A stretch of 63,210 nucleotides of DNA, counting the filler, from Chiloscyllium plagiosum (Eukaryota), in NCBI RefSeq assembly GCF_004010195.1. It is 5 parts of one record of this genome, joined end to end, with 100 filler letters (N's around TTAATTAATTAA, not from the genome) between each part and the next. Parts side by side here need not be neighbours in the genome. Positions count along the whole stretch, not along the records: positions 48,684 to 59,446 come from NC_057712.1; positions 59,547 to 63,210 come from NC_057712.1; 3 more parts are not named here. One strand, written 5' to 3'. The notes under the pieces were generated by a model. It ran no database searches. It was not told the DNA's origin and worked only from the letters and a program-made list of their open reading frames with translations. Of this stretch, positions 48,684 through 60,871 are shown piece by piece; the stretch's first letter is position 1; each line of letters opens with the position of its first letter. The position numbers and the translations under genes are program-made.

Positions 48684-51600
48684 TGAGGGGAAGAGAGTCA
48701 CAGTGCAACGTGAGGGGAAGAGAGTCACAGTGCAGCGTGAGGAGAAGAGAATCCCAGTGCAGCGTGAGGAGAAGAGAGGCACAGTGCAGCGTAAGGAGAA
48801 GATAGTCCCAGTGAAGCATGAGGGGAAGAGAGTCACAGTGCAACGTGAGGGGAAGAAAGTCACAGTGCAACATGAGAGGAAGAGAGTCCCAGTGCAGCAT
48901 GAGAGGAAGAGAGTCCCAGTGCAGCATGAGAGGAAGAGAGTCCCAGTGCAGCATGAGAGGAAGAGAGTCCCAGTGCAGCATGAGAGGAAGAGAGTCCCAG
49001 TGCAGCATGAGAGGAAGAGAGTCCCAGTGCAGCATGAGAGGAAGAGAGTCCCAGTGCAGCATGAGAGGAAGAGAGTCCCAGTGCAGCATGAGGGATAGAG
49101 AGTTCCAGTGCAGCGTGAGGGGAAGGGAGTCCCAGTGCAGCATGAGGGGAAGGGAGTGACAGTGCAGCGTGAGGGGAAGGGAGACCAAGTGCAACGTGAG
49201 GGAAAGGGAGTCACAGTGCAGTGTGAGGGGAACACAGTTCCACTGCAGCGTGAGGGGAAGGGAGCCACAGTGCAGCGTGAAGGGAAGGGAGTCACAGTGC
49301 AGTGCAAGGGATAGAGAATCCCAGTGCAGCGCAAGGGATAGAGAGTCCCAGTGCAGCATGAGGGGAAGGTAGTCACAGTGCAGCATGAGGTGAAGAGAAT
49401 CCCATTGCAGCGTGAGGGATATAGAGTCCCAGTGCAGCATTCGGGGAAGAGAGTCCCAGTGCAGCGTGAGGGGAAGAGAGGCCCAGTGATGCGTGAGGGG
49501 AAGAGAGTCCCAGTGCAGCGTGAGGGATACAGAGTGCAAGTGCAGCGTGAGGGGAAGGGAGTCACAGTGCAGCGTGAGGGATATAGAGTCCCAGTGCAGC
49601 GTGAGGGATGGAGAGTCCCAATGCAGCATGAGGTGAAGAGAGTCACAGTGCAGCATGAGGGGAAGAGAGTCCCAGTGCAGTGTGAGGGGAAGTGAGTCCC
49701 AGTGATGCGTGAGGGGAAGGGAGTCCCAGTGATGCGTGAGGGGAAGGGAGTCAAAGTGCAGCATGAGTGTAAGAGAGTCCCAGTGCAGCGTGAGGAGAAG
49801 AGAGTCCCAGTGCAGCGTGAGGGGAAGTGAGTCCCAGTGATGCGTGAGGGGAAGGGAGTCAAAGTGCAGCATGAGTGTAAGAGAGTCCCAGTGCAGCGTG
49901 AGGAGAAGAGAGGCCCAGTGATGCATGAGGGGAAGAGAGTCACAGTGCAGCGTGAGAGGAAGAGAGTCCCAGTGCAGCGTGAGGGGAAGGGAGTACCAGT
50001 GCAGTGTGAGGGGAAGGGAGTGACAGTGCAACGTGAGGGGAAGAGAGTCACAGTGCAGCGTGAGGGATAGAGAGTCCCTGTGATGCGTGAGGGATAGAGA
50101 GTCCCAGTGTAGCATGAGGGGAAGGGAGTCCCAGTGCAGCGTGAGGGGAAGAGAGTCACAGTGCAGCGTGGGGGGAAGGAGTGCCAGGGCAGCGTGAGTG
50201 GAAGAGAGTCCCATTGCAGCGTGAGGGGAGGAGAGTCACAGTGCAGCGTGAGGGATATAGAGTCCCAGTGCAGCGTAAGGAGAAGAGAGTCCCAGTGATG
50301 CGTGAGGGATAGAGAGTCACAGTGCAGCGTGAGGGGAAGGGAGTGACAGTACAGTGTGAGGGATAGAGAGTCCCAATGCAGGGTGAGGGGAAGAGAGTCC
50401 CAGTGCAGCGTCAGCGGAAGAGAGTCCCAGTGCAACGTGAGGGGAAGGGAATCACAGTGCAGCGTGAGGGGATGAGAGTCCCAGTGCAGCATGAGGGGAA
50501 GGGAGTCCCAGTGCAGCGTGAGGGAAATGAGTCTTGGTGCAGCGTTTTGGGGAAGAGAGTCCCAGTGCAGTGTGAGGGGAGAGAGTCCCATTGCAGCGTG
50601 AGGGGAAGGGAGTCACAGCGCAGCGTGAGGGATATAGAGCCCCAGTGCAGAGTGAGGGGAAGGAGTCCCAGTGCAGCATGAGGAAAAGAGAGTCCCAGTG
50701 ATGCGTGAGGGGAAGAGAGTCACAGTGCAGCGTGAGAGACAGAGAGTCCCAGTGCAGCGTGAGGGGAAGGGAGTACCAGTGCAGCATGAGGGATAGAATG
50801 TCCCAATGCAGGGTGAGGGCAAGAGAGTCCCAGTGCAGCGTCAGCGGAAGAGAGCCCCAGTGCAATGTGAGGGATACGGAGTCCCAGTGCAGCATGAGGG
50901 GAAGAGAGTCCCAGTGTAACATGAGGGGAAGGGAATCCCAGTGCAGCGTGAGGGAAGGGAGTCCCAGTGCAGCGTGAGGGGAGAGAGTTCCATTGCAGCG
51001 TGAGGGGAAGGGAGTCACAGTGCAGCGTGAGGGGAAGAGAGTCCCAGTGCAGCGTGAGGGATAGAGGGTCCCAGTGCAGCCTGAGGATAGAGAGTCCCAG
51101 TGCAGCGTGAGAGGAAGGGAGTCACAGTGCAGCGTGAGGGGATGACAGTCAAAGTGCAGCATCAGGGGAAGAGAGTCCCATTTGCAGCGTGAGGGATAGA
51201 GAATCCCAGTGCAGCGTGAGAGGAAGAGAGTCACAGTGCAGTGTGAGGGGAAGAAAGTCCCAGTGCAGCGTGTGGGGAAGACAGTCCCAGTGCAGCATGA
51301 GTGTAAGAGAGTCCCAGTGCAGCGTGAGGAGAAGAGAGTCACAGTGCAGTGTGAGGGGAAGAAAGTCAAAGTGCAGCGTGAGAGGAAAAGAGTCCCAGTG
51401 CAGCGTGAGGGGGAAGAGAGTCACAGTGCAGCGAGAGGAAGAGAATGCCAGTGCAGCGTGAGGAGAAGAGAGTCCCAGTGATGCGTGAGGGATAGAGAGT
51501 CACAGTGCAGCGTGAGGGGAAGGGTGTGACAGTGCAGTGTGAAGGGAAGAAGTCCCAGGGCAGCGTGAGGAGAAGAAAGTCCCAGTGCAACGTGAGGGAT

Positions 51601-54600
51601 ACAGAGTCCCAGAGCAGCGCGAGGGGAAGAGAGTCACAGTGATGCGTGAGGGGAAGACAGTCCCAGAGCAGCGTGAGGAGTAGAGAGTCCCAGTGATGCG
51701 TGAGGGGAAGAGAGTCACAGTGCAGCGTGAGGGATAGAGAGTACCAGTGCAGCGTGAGGGGAAGGCGTCCCAGGGCAGCATGAGGAGAAGAGAGTCCCAG
51801 TGCAGCGTGAGGAGAAAAGAGTCCCAGTGCAATGTGAGGGATACAGAGTCCCAGAGCAGCGTGAGGAGAAGAGAGTCCCAGTGCAGCGTGAGGGATATAG
51901 AGTCCCAGTGCAGCGTGAGGGGAAGAGAGTCCCAGTGCAGCGTGTGGGGAAGACAGTCCCAGTGCAGCATGAGTGTAAGAGAGTCCCAGTGCAGCGTGAG
52001 GAGAAGAGAGTCCCAGTGCAGTGTGAAGAGAATAGAGTTACAGTGCAGCGTGAGAGGAAGAGAGTCCCAGTGCAGCGTGAGAGGAAGAGAATGCCAGTGC
52101 AGCGTGAGGAGAAGAGAGTCCCAGTGATGCGTGAGGGGAAGAGAGTCACAGTGCAGCGTGAGGTATAGAGAATTCCAGTGCAGTGTGAGGAGAAGGCAGT
52201 CCTAGTGCAGCGTGGGGAGATGAGAGTCCCAGTGCAGCGTGAGGAATAGAGAGTCCCAGTGCAGCGTGAGGGGAAGAGAGTCCCAGTGCAGCGTGGGGAG
52301 ATGAGAGTCCCAGTGCAGCATGAGGAATAGAGAGTCCCAGTGCAGCGTGAGGGGAAGAGAGTCACAGTGCAGTGTGAGAGGAAGAGAGTCCCAGTGCAGC
52401 ATGAGGGATAGAGAGTTCCAGTGCAGCGTGAGGGGAAGGGAGTCCCAGTGCAGCATGAGGGGAAGGGAGTGACAGTGCAGCGTGAGGGGAAGGGAGACCA
52501 AGTGCAACGTGAGGGAAAGGGAGTCACAGTGCAGTGTGAGGGGAACACAGTTCCACTGCAGCGTGAGGGGAAGGGAGCCACAGTGCAGCGTGAGGGGAAG
52601 GGAGCCACAGTGCAGCGTGAAGGGAAGGGAGTCACAGTGCAGCGTGAGGGGAAGGGAGTCCCAGTGCAGCGCAAGGGATAGAGAGTCCCAGTGCAGCGCA
52701 AGGGATAGAGAGTCCCAGTGCAGCATGAGGGGAAGGTAGTCCCAGTGCAGTGTGAGGTGAAGAGAGTCCCATTACAGTGTGAGGGGAAGGGGTCCCAGTG
52801 CAGCGCAAGGGATAGAGAGTCCCAGTGCAGCATGAGGGGAAGGTAGTCACAGTGCAGCATAAGGTGAAGAGAGTCCCATTGCAGCGTGAGGGATAGAGAG
52901 TCCCAGTGCAGCCTCAGGGGAAGAGAGTCCCAGTGCAGCGTGGGGAGATGAGAGTCCCAGTGCAGCATGAGGAATAGAGAGTCCCAGTGCAGCGTGAGGG
53001 GAAGAGAGTCCCAGTGCAACGTGAGGGAAAGAGAGTCCCAGTGCAGCGTGAGGGGAAGGCAGTCCCAGTGCAGCGTGAGTGGAAGGGAGTCCCAGTGCAG
53101 CGTCAGGAGAAGAGAGTCCCACTGCAGCGTAAGGAGAAGAGAGGCACAGTGCAGCTTGAGGGGAAGAGAGGCAAAGTGCAGCATGAGGGGAAGAGAGTCC
53201 CAGTGCAACGTGAGAGGTAGAGAGTCACAGTGCAGCGTGAGGGAAAGAGAGTCCCAGTGCAGCATGAGGGAAAGAGAGTCCCAGTGCAGCGTGAGGGAAA
53301 GAGAGTCCCAGTGCAGCGTGAGGGGAAGGCAGTCCCAGTGCAGCGTGAGTGGAAGGGAGTCCCAGTGCAGCGTCAGGAGAAGAGAGTCCCACTGCAGCGT
53401 AAGGAGAAGAGAGGCACAGTGCAGCTTGAGGGGAAGAGAGGCAAAGTGCAGCATGAGGGGAAGAGAGTCCCAGTGCAACGTGAGAGGTAGAGAGTCACAG
53501 TGCAGCGTGAGGAGAAGAGAGTCCTAGTGCCGTATGTGGGGAAGACAGTCCCAGTGCAGCATGAGTGTAAGAGAGTCCCAGTGCAGCGTGAGGAGAAGAG
53601 AGTCCCAGTGCAGCATGAGGGAAAGAGAGNNNNNNNNNNNNNNNNNNNNNNNNNGTGCAGCGTGAGGGGAAGAGAGTCCCAGTGCAGCGTGAGGAGAAGA
53701 GAGTCCCAGTGCAGCGTGAGTGGAAGAGAGTCCCAGTGCAGCGTGAGGAGAAGAGAGTCCCAGTGCAGCGTGAGGGAAAGAGAGTCCCAGTGCAGCGTGA
53801 GGGAAAGAGAGTCCCAGTGCAGCGTGAGGGGAAGGAAGTCCCAGTGCAGCGTGAGGGGAAAGCAGTCCCAGTGCAGCGTGAGTGGAACGGAGTCCCAGTG
53901 CAGCGTGAGGGTAGAGAGTCCCATTGCAGCGTGAGGGGGAGAGTCACAGTGCAGCGCGAGAGGAAGAGAGTCCCAGTGCAGCGTGAGGGGAAGAGAGTCC
54001 CAGTGCAGCCTGAGGAGAAGAGAGTCACAGTGCAGTGTGAGGAGAATAGAGTTACAGTGCAGCGTGAGAGGAAGAGAGTCCCAGTGCAGCGTGAGGGGAA
54101 GGGAGTCCCAGTGCAGCCTGAGGGGAAGGGAGTCACAGTGCAGCACTTTGGGGAAGGGAGTCCCAGTGCAGCGTGAGTGGACGGGAGTCCCAGTGCAGCG
54201 TGAGGTGGAGAGTCCCAGTGCAGCGTGAGGGGAAGGGAGTCCCAGTGCAGCGTGAGGGGAAGGGAGTCCCAGTGCAGCCTGAGGGGAAGGGAGTCACAGT
54301 GCAGCGCTTTGGGGAAGGGAGTCCCAGTGCAGCGTGAGTGGACGGGAGTCCCAGTGCAGCGTGAGGGGGAGAGTCACAGTGCAGCGTGAGGAGAAAAGAG
54401 TCCCTGTGCAACGTGAGGGATACAGAGTCCCAGTGCAGCGTGAGGGGAAGGGAGTTCCAGTGCAGCATGAGGGGAAGGGGGTCCCAGTGCAGCGTGAGGG
54501 AAAGAGAATTCCAGTGCAGCGTGAGGGGAAGAGAGTCCCAGTGCAACGTGAGGGAAAGAGAGTCCCAGTGCAGCGTGAGGGGAAGAGAGTCCCAGTGCAG

Positions 54601-55890
54601 CGTGAGGGGAGAGAGTCCCATTGCAGCGTAAGGGGAAGGAGTCCCAGTGCAGCATGAGGAAAAGAGAGTCCCAGTGCAGCGTGAGGGATAGAGAGTCCCA
54701 GTGCAGCGTGAGGGATAGAGAGTCCCAGTGCAGAGTGACAGGAAGGGAGTCACAGTACAGCGCGAGGAGAAGAGAGTCCCATTTCAGCGTGAGGGATAGA
54801 GAATCCCAGTGCAGCGTGAGGGGAAGAGAGTCACAGTGCAGCGTGAGGGGAAGAGAGTCCCAGTGCAGTGTGAGAGGAAGAGAGTCACAGTGCAGCGCGA
54901 GAGGAAGAGAGTCACAGTGCAGCGTGAGAGGAAGGGAGTCCCAGTGCAGCGTGAGGGGAATGGAGCCACAGTGCAGCGTGAAGGGAAGGGAGTCCCAGTG
55001 CAGCACAAGGGATAGAGAGTCCCAGTGCAGCGTGAGGGGAAGGGAGTCACAGTGCAGCTTGAGAGGAAGAGAGTCACAGTGCAGCGTGAGAGGAAGGGAG
55101 TCCCAGTGCAGCATGAGGGATAGAGTGTCCCAGTGCAACGTGAAGGGAAGAGAGTCCCAGTGCAACGTGAGGGATAGAGAGTCACAGTGCAGCGTGAGAG
55201 GAAGAGAGTCCCTGAGCCGCGTAATTGGAAGGGAGTCCCAGTGCAGCGTGAGGGGAAGGGAGCCACAGTGCAGCGTGAAGGGAAGGGAATCCCAGTGCAG
55301 CGTGAGGGGATGAGAGTCCCAGTGCAGCACAAAGGGAAGGGAGACCCAGTGCAGGGTGAAGGGAAGAGAGTCCTGGAGCAGCGTGAGGGTAGAGAGTCCC
55401 AGTGCAGCACAAGGGATAGAGAGTCCCAGTGCAGCGTGAGGGGAAGGTAGTCCCAGTGCAGCGTGAGGAGAAGAGAGTCCCAGTGCAGTGTGAGGCGAAG
55501 AGAGTCCCAGTGCAGTGTGAGGCAAAGAGAGTCCCAGTGCAGCGTGAAGGGTAGGGAGTCTCAGTGCATCGTGAGGGAAAGAGAGTCCCGGAGCAGCGTG
55601 AGGGGAAGTGAGTGCCAGATTAGTGTGAGAGGAAGTGAATCCCAGTGCAGTGTAAGGGTAAGCGAGTCCCTGAGCAGCACGAGGGGCAGGGAGTCTCACC
55701 ACATCACGCTGGGAAGCGAGTCCCAGTGCAGCGTGAGGGGTGAAGGGTAGGGAGTCTCGTAGCAGCGCAAGGGGAAGCAAGTCCCAGAGCAGTGTGATGA
55801 TCAGGGAGTCTTGTAGCAGCGCAAGGGGAAGCGGGTCTCGGAGCAGCCTGAGGGGAAGGGAGTCCCCAGAGGGGAAATGGGTCCCAGAGC
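48684..55890 (+). repeat. 27-bp minisatellite array, consensus GAGGGGAAGAGAGTCCCAGTGCAGCGT, roughly 260 units
   Basis: Continuous tandem units that degenerate toward the right end. Confidence 0.97.
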
Positions 55891-55999
55891 AGGGCATGGT
55901 GAATTCGTCCTGGAACAGCACAAATTCCATTGTCACAGCTGAGTGCCAGTGGGAAGCGGACTGGAAGCTTGGAGTGGAGCGGGACAGTTGTTGGACTGG

Positions 56000-56298
56000 G
56001 GCTTGGCGTGGGCGGACACACTATGTGCTGAGCTGCTGCTATTTGAAACTCTTTACTGGATTGTAATGTCACTCCTTTAATTACGTTACAGCTATTTTAT
56101 TTCTAACTTATTTTTTAGACACTGTAAGTAATGCTTCTACTTTTCCTTTTATTCCTCTTTTGTATCCAAGATTTGTACCTAGGTACTTGTACCTATAATG
56201 GTGCCATTAAAGGCAGCCTTTGTAAAAACGTTTCACTGTACTCCTGCATTTCTGTACTGTATGTGACAATAAAGGATATTCTATTCAATTCCATTCTA
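56000..56298 (+). mobile_element. Rex1/Babar-like 3' tail
   Basis: TTTCACTGT...TGACAATAAA plus ATTCT repeats, resembling 4708-4766. Confidence 0.55.
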
Positions 56299-56299
56299 A

Positions 56300-57345
56300 A
56301 GTTGTAGTCAATCACTGCCCATGAAGCATGCCCTAAGATGTTGGTGTATGTTGTCCATGATGGAGGGCTGGAGTTACCAGATCAACATTCTGCCTTTCAT
56401 GTTGGAAGCTGTCTTTGGTTTTTATCCAATGGATTGGAGAATAGGGAACTGTACATAAATAAGGCACAACTAACTAATAATGAGACGTTACTGCATGCTT
56501 ACTCCGGGACTCCCTTCCGCTCGCACAATCCTGGGACTCACTTCCCCTTCACTGCTCCAGGACACCCTTCCCCTTGTGCTGCTCCAGGATTGTTAAAAAG
56601 GGAAAAAGAAAGAAAGAGGACAGACAGAGCAGGGGAATTCCGGCAGGAGTGTCTTACTCTGCGACCATCTTACTGGAAAACTTCGACATTGGCATTGACA
56701 TGAACAAACCTCGCCATGCCCTCATAGACTATCTTGGATTCACTTACAGTACAGTTCTCTACTTCCGTGCTGTACTTTGGAGCATACCAGCACCTTTCAT
56801 GGTGAAGCTGCAGGCAGGACATCTTGTGTGGAGGGGCAAGCAACCATCTCATATGAACAAGGGGTATCTCAGGGCATATCTCAGGGGGTATCTCAAGAGC
56901 TCTCTGAGCTCTTGCTCACTTTGTGCTACTTGGAAACTCACACCATCCCTGCCTTGCCTACACTGTTTGTGTGCTGTGCTCCCTTACCCACAGCTTAAAG
57001 GCTTCCATCTTGACTTGCCTGTTAGCATAGACACAAAGCCAGGCAGCTTGGCTTGGTTGCCAATAGTGATCAGTCAAGGGGTGGACATGTTGCTCACAAT
57101 AAGAATTTTGCCTTCCTGTTCAAAGATTGGTTGGAAAATGGGACTCTTTGCTCTTGACAGTGAGAGGTTCTTCACTCCTGTTCTCGCAAGATTTTCCCAA
57201 CTTTTGCAACAATGCCCACATTATTCAGTGCTTGGGAAGGTTTCACCCATTATTCTGAACTGAAACCTGATTCTGAACTCAAACTAGCATATAGCTCCTG
57301 ACTATTTGATTTTCTCACGTGTCACAAAATGCAGTATTGTAAACA
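56300..57345 (+). pseudogene. Endogenous hepadnavirus unit I (RT motifs A-C, thumb, RNase H start)
   Basis: YQINILP ~56375. RGIPAGVSYSATILLENF..RHALIDYLGFTY vs RKIPMGVGLSPFLLAQF..RRAFPHCLAFSY. GSLAWLPIVISQGVDML vs GHLNFVLPFTKGNIEML. NKNFAF. FPTFAT(D)AT with compensating frameshifts. CHK ~57320. Confidence 0.8.
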
Positions 57346-57379
57346 CTTAGTTAATTTACAACACACACTGTAAACTGCT

Positions 57380-59446
57380 ACAGAGTGAGGCTTTAGCTCA
57401 GGAGTCTTTGACAAGGAGGTTGAGTGAAGTGATTACGCTACAGTTGAAGAGGGTGAAGACATGACTGCCAAGCTGGTTCAGTGTGTTACGTGCTTGATAT
57501 GGGAGGTCAACGACTCTGGTGTGTCTGGCTCATATAAGTGTGGAAAGTGTGTGCACGTTCAGCTACTGACAGAGCATATTGCAGCACTGATGAAAGAACT
57601 CAAGGACCTTATGCTCATCATAGAGAATGAGATCTTTCTGGACAAGACCTTCAATGAGGCTATTACACCGACCATACCAGAAGAGAGCAGACGATGAGGA
57701 AGGCAGAGAGGAGACAGGTGCAAGAGACCCCGGGGGAAGTACCTGTCAGGAACAAGTTGAATCTTTTGGAAACAGTAGAGACAGATGACACTGCCAGTCC
57801 ACAAGGCGGCCAGGTCTGTCAATCAAAAGCTGGCATGGAGGCAGAGCGGAAGAGTCGGACATCGCACAGAGCCATGGGAATAGGGGACTCCATAGTGAGA
57901 GGAACTGACTGGGGTTTTTGTGGCAGCAGGCGGGACTTAAGGATGGTGTGATGCCTTCCTGGTGCCAGGGTTAAAGACACCACAGACAGAGTGCAGGAAA
58001 TCCTCAAGGACGAAAGTGAAGAGCCAGAGGTGTTGGTACATGTTGGCACAAATGATGTCTGGAAGAAGAGGAGGAACATACTACAGCGGGACTTCAGAGA
58101 ACTAGGAAGAAGGCTGAAAAGCAGGACATCCAGGGTGGTTATCTCCAGTTTGCTTCCAGTTCCTCGGGCTAGTGAGGACAGAAACAGGGAGATAATGGAC
58201 TTGAACGTGTGGCTGGGGAACTGGTGCAGGAAGCAAGGATTTAAATTCTTGGATCACCGGGGTATGTTTTGTGGTAAGCATAAATTATACAAGAGAGACG
58301 GTTTGCATCTTAATTGAAGGGAAAGTTAGAACAAGGGAAGTCAAGAAAGACAACTGTATCAATGAAGCAGAAAACTCAAAAAGGGATCATGCTGTAAGGT
58401 TGAGTGAAATAGGAGTTGATGGGAAGGGTAAGGGCAGTAACAAATTAAAAATACTATATATGAATGCACGAGGCATTAGAAATAAGATAGATGAGCTTGA
58501 GGCTCTTTTGGAAATTAGCAGATACGATATTGTGGGGATAACTGAGATGCGGCTTCAAGTGGACAGGGCCTGGGAAATGAATATTCAAGGCTACACATGC
58601 TATCGTAAGGACAGATTGATGGGCAGAGAGGGTGGGGTGGCCATGTTGGTAAGGGATAATATTCAGTCCCTTGCGCGGGGGGACCTAGAATCAGGGGATG
58701 TAGAGTCAGTGTGGATAGAGCTGAGAAATACTAAGGGTAAAAAGACCCTCTTAGGAGTTATCTACAGGCCCCCAAACAGTAGTCTGGATGTTGGATGTAA
58801 GTTGAATCAGGAGTTGAAATTGGCCTGTGCAAAGATGTTACTACAGTTGTTATGGGGGATTTCAACATGCAGGTAGACTGGGAGAATCAGGATGGTATTG
58901 GACCTCAAGAAAGAGACTTTGTGGAGTGTCTCCGAGATGAATTCTTAGAACAGCTGGTGCTGGAGCCTACCAGGGAGAAGGCAATTCTGGATCTGGTATT
59001 CTGCAACGACCCAGATTTGATCAGGGACCTTGAAGTGAAGGAGCCATTAGGAAGTAGTGACCATAATACAATAAGCTTCAATCTGCAATTTGAGAGGGAG
59101 AGGGTACAATCGGAAGTGACAATATTTCAGTTGAATAAAGGGAACTATGGAGCTATGAGGGAGGAGCTGGCCAAAGTTCAATGGTGCAATACCTTAGCAG
59201 GGATGACAGTGGAGGAACAATGGGAGATATTTCTGTGTATAATGCAGAAGATGCAGGATCAGTTCATTCCAAAAAGGAAGAAAAATCCTAGGAGGAGACA
59301 TGGGTGGCCGTGGCTGACAAGGGAAGTTAAGAAACATATAAAGTTAAAAGAGAAAAAGTATAACATACCAAAGATAAGCGGGAAAACGGAGGACTGGGAA
59401 GCTTTTAAAGAACAACAGAGGCTTACTAAGAAGGAAATACGCAGAG
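57380..59446 (+). mobile_element. CR1 5' half (ORF1 zinc finger and esterase; ORF2 endonuclease)
   Basis: CVTC..CGKC, GDSIVRG, VHVGTND, DGLHLN, YMNARGI, GDFN, SDHN. Confidence 0.94.
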
Positions 59447-59546
59447 NNNNNNNNNNNNNNNNNNNNNNNNNNNNNNNNNNNNNNNNNNNNTTAATTAATT
59501 AANNNNNNNNNNNNNNNNNNNNNNNNNNNNNNNNNNNNNNNNNNNN
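59447..59546. other. Artificial contig-join spacer
   Basis: N44-TTAATTAATTAA-N44. Confidence 0.97.
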
Positions 59547-59584
59547 TGTTGTGGTTCTGTTCGCCGAGCTGGGAGTTTTTGTTG

Positions 59585-59622
59585 CAAACGTTTCGTCCCC
59601 TGGCTAGGCGACATCATCAGTG
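59585..59622 (-). ncRNA. Minimal hammerhead ribozyme core in a Penelope terminus
   Basis: Minus strand CTGATGA-TGTCGCC TAGCCA GGGGAC-GAAA-CGTT. Confidence 0.65.
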
Positions 59623-59899
59623 CTTGGGAGCCTCCTGCGAAGCGCTTCTTTGATGTTTCCTCCGGTGTTTACAGTGGTCTGTCCCTCCCTATCCGGGCAT
59701 TGGATAGGCTTATGGATGATAGTGGGCTAGTGTAGGTTAGGTGGGCTTGGATCGGCGCAACATCGAGGGCCGAAGGGCCTGTACTGCGCTGTATTCTTCT
59801 ATGTTCTATGTTCTATGATGAAGGAACATCGCTCCGAAAGCTAGTGTACTTCCAATTAAACCTGTTGGACTATAACCTGGTGTTGTGTGATTTTCAGCT

Positions 59900-60510
59900 T
59901 CTCCTCAGAAGACAGTCCTTATAATCTGGAATCATCCTAATGAATCTTCTCTAGACTGCTCTTAATATTGGTATAATTTTTTTTAGATAAGGGGACCAAA
60001 ACTGTTCACAGTAATCTGGCTATTTTCTGACTAGCACCTTGTATATTTTTAGCAAGACTTCTGTATTTTTATACTCCATCCCTTTGAAATAAAGGTCAAT
60101 ATTCCATCTAGTTTCTAGAACTTGGATATTAGCATCATGTGACTAATGCATGCAAACTCACAAATCCCTCTGTGCTGTAGTATCAGGATATCTAGTTCTC
60201 TATTTAAATAATATTCAGCCCCTCTGTTCTTCCTGCCAAAGGGCATAACTTCACAATTTTCCACATTGTATTCCATTTTTTTGCCCACTCTCTTAATTTG
60301 TCCATTTGTCCATTTACCTCCTTAGACTGTGTATCATCCTCACCACTTGTTTCCCATCTATTTCTGTACCAACTGCAAACATGACTATGCTTTAACCACC
60401 TTCTTCATCTAAATCATTAATATATATGACAACACAAATCCCTGAGACACTCCACTGGTTGCAGGTTGCCATCCTGAAAATGCTCCCCTTAACTCAACTC
60501 TTTTTTTCTA
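59900..60510 (-). mobile_element. Old CR1 fragment
   Basis: Homologous to 8705-10125 and 44600-45150. Confidence 0.7.
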
Positions 60511-60514
60511 TTTG

Positions 60515-60810
60515 GAGATGCTGGTGTTGGACTGGGGTGGACAAAGTTAAAAATCACACAACACCAGGTTAAGTCCAACAGGTTTAATTAGAAGCACACT
60601 AGCTTTCGGAGCGATGCTCCTTCATCAGGTGGTTGGGGAGAACTCAATCCTAACACACAGAATTTATAGCAAAAATATGCAGTGGGATGTAACTGAAATC
60701 ATACATTTAAAAATTGATTGTCTGTTAAGCTTTTCATCTGTTAGAGTAACGTGATAGTTTGACTTCTTTCATGTGTAAATCACAAAACCTTTTTTTAAAA
60801 AGTTGCATTT
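60515..60810 (-). mobile_element. Penelope-like terminal fragment with hammerhead core at 60601-60628
   Basis: Minus strand CTGATGA-AGGAGC ATC GCTCC-GAAA-GCTA. An inverted homolog lies at 59815-59897. Confidence 0.65.
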
Positions 60811-60871
60811 GAAGCAATATTTTTTTTTCTTTCAATTCAATGCCAGGTGGTAACTCAGTTGGCTAACTTTG

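Noticed and set aside
48684..55890. CRISPR-like array
   Set aside because: There are no unique spacers and no cas genes, and the context is vertebrate.
48628..55936. Long ORFs of 500-650 aa (LHWDSLPLT and CTGTLFPSR repeats)
   Set aside because: They are translations of the 27-bp minisatellite, open in several frames on both strands.
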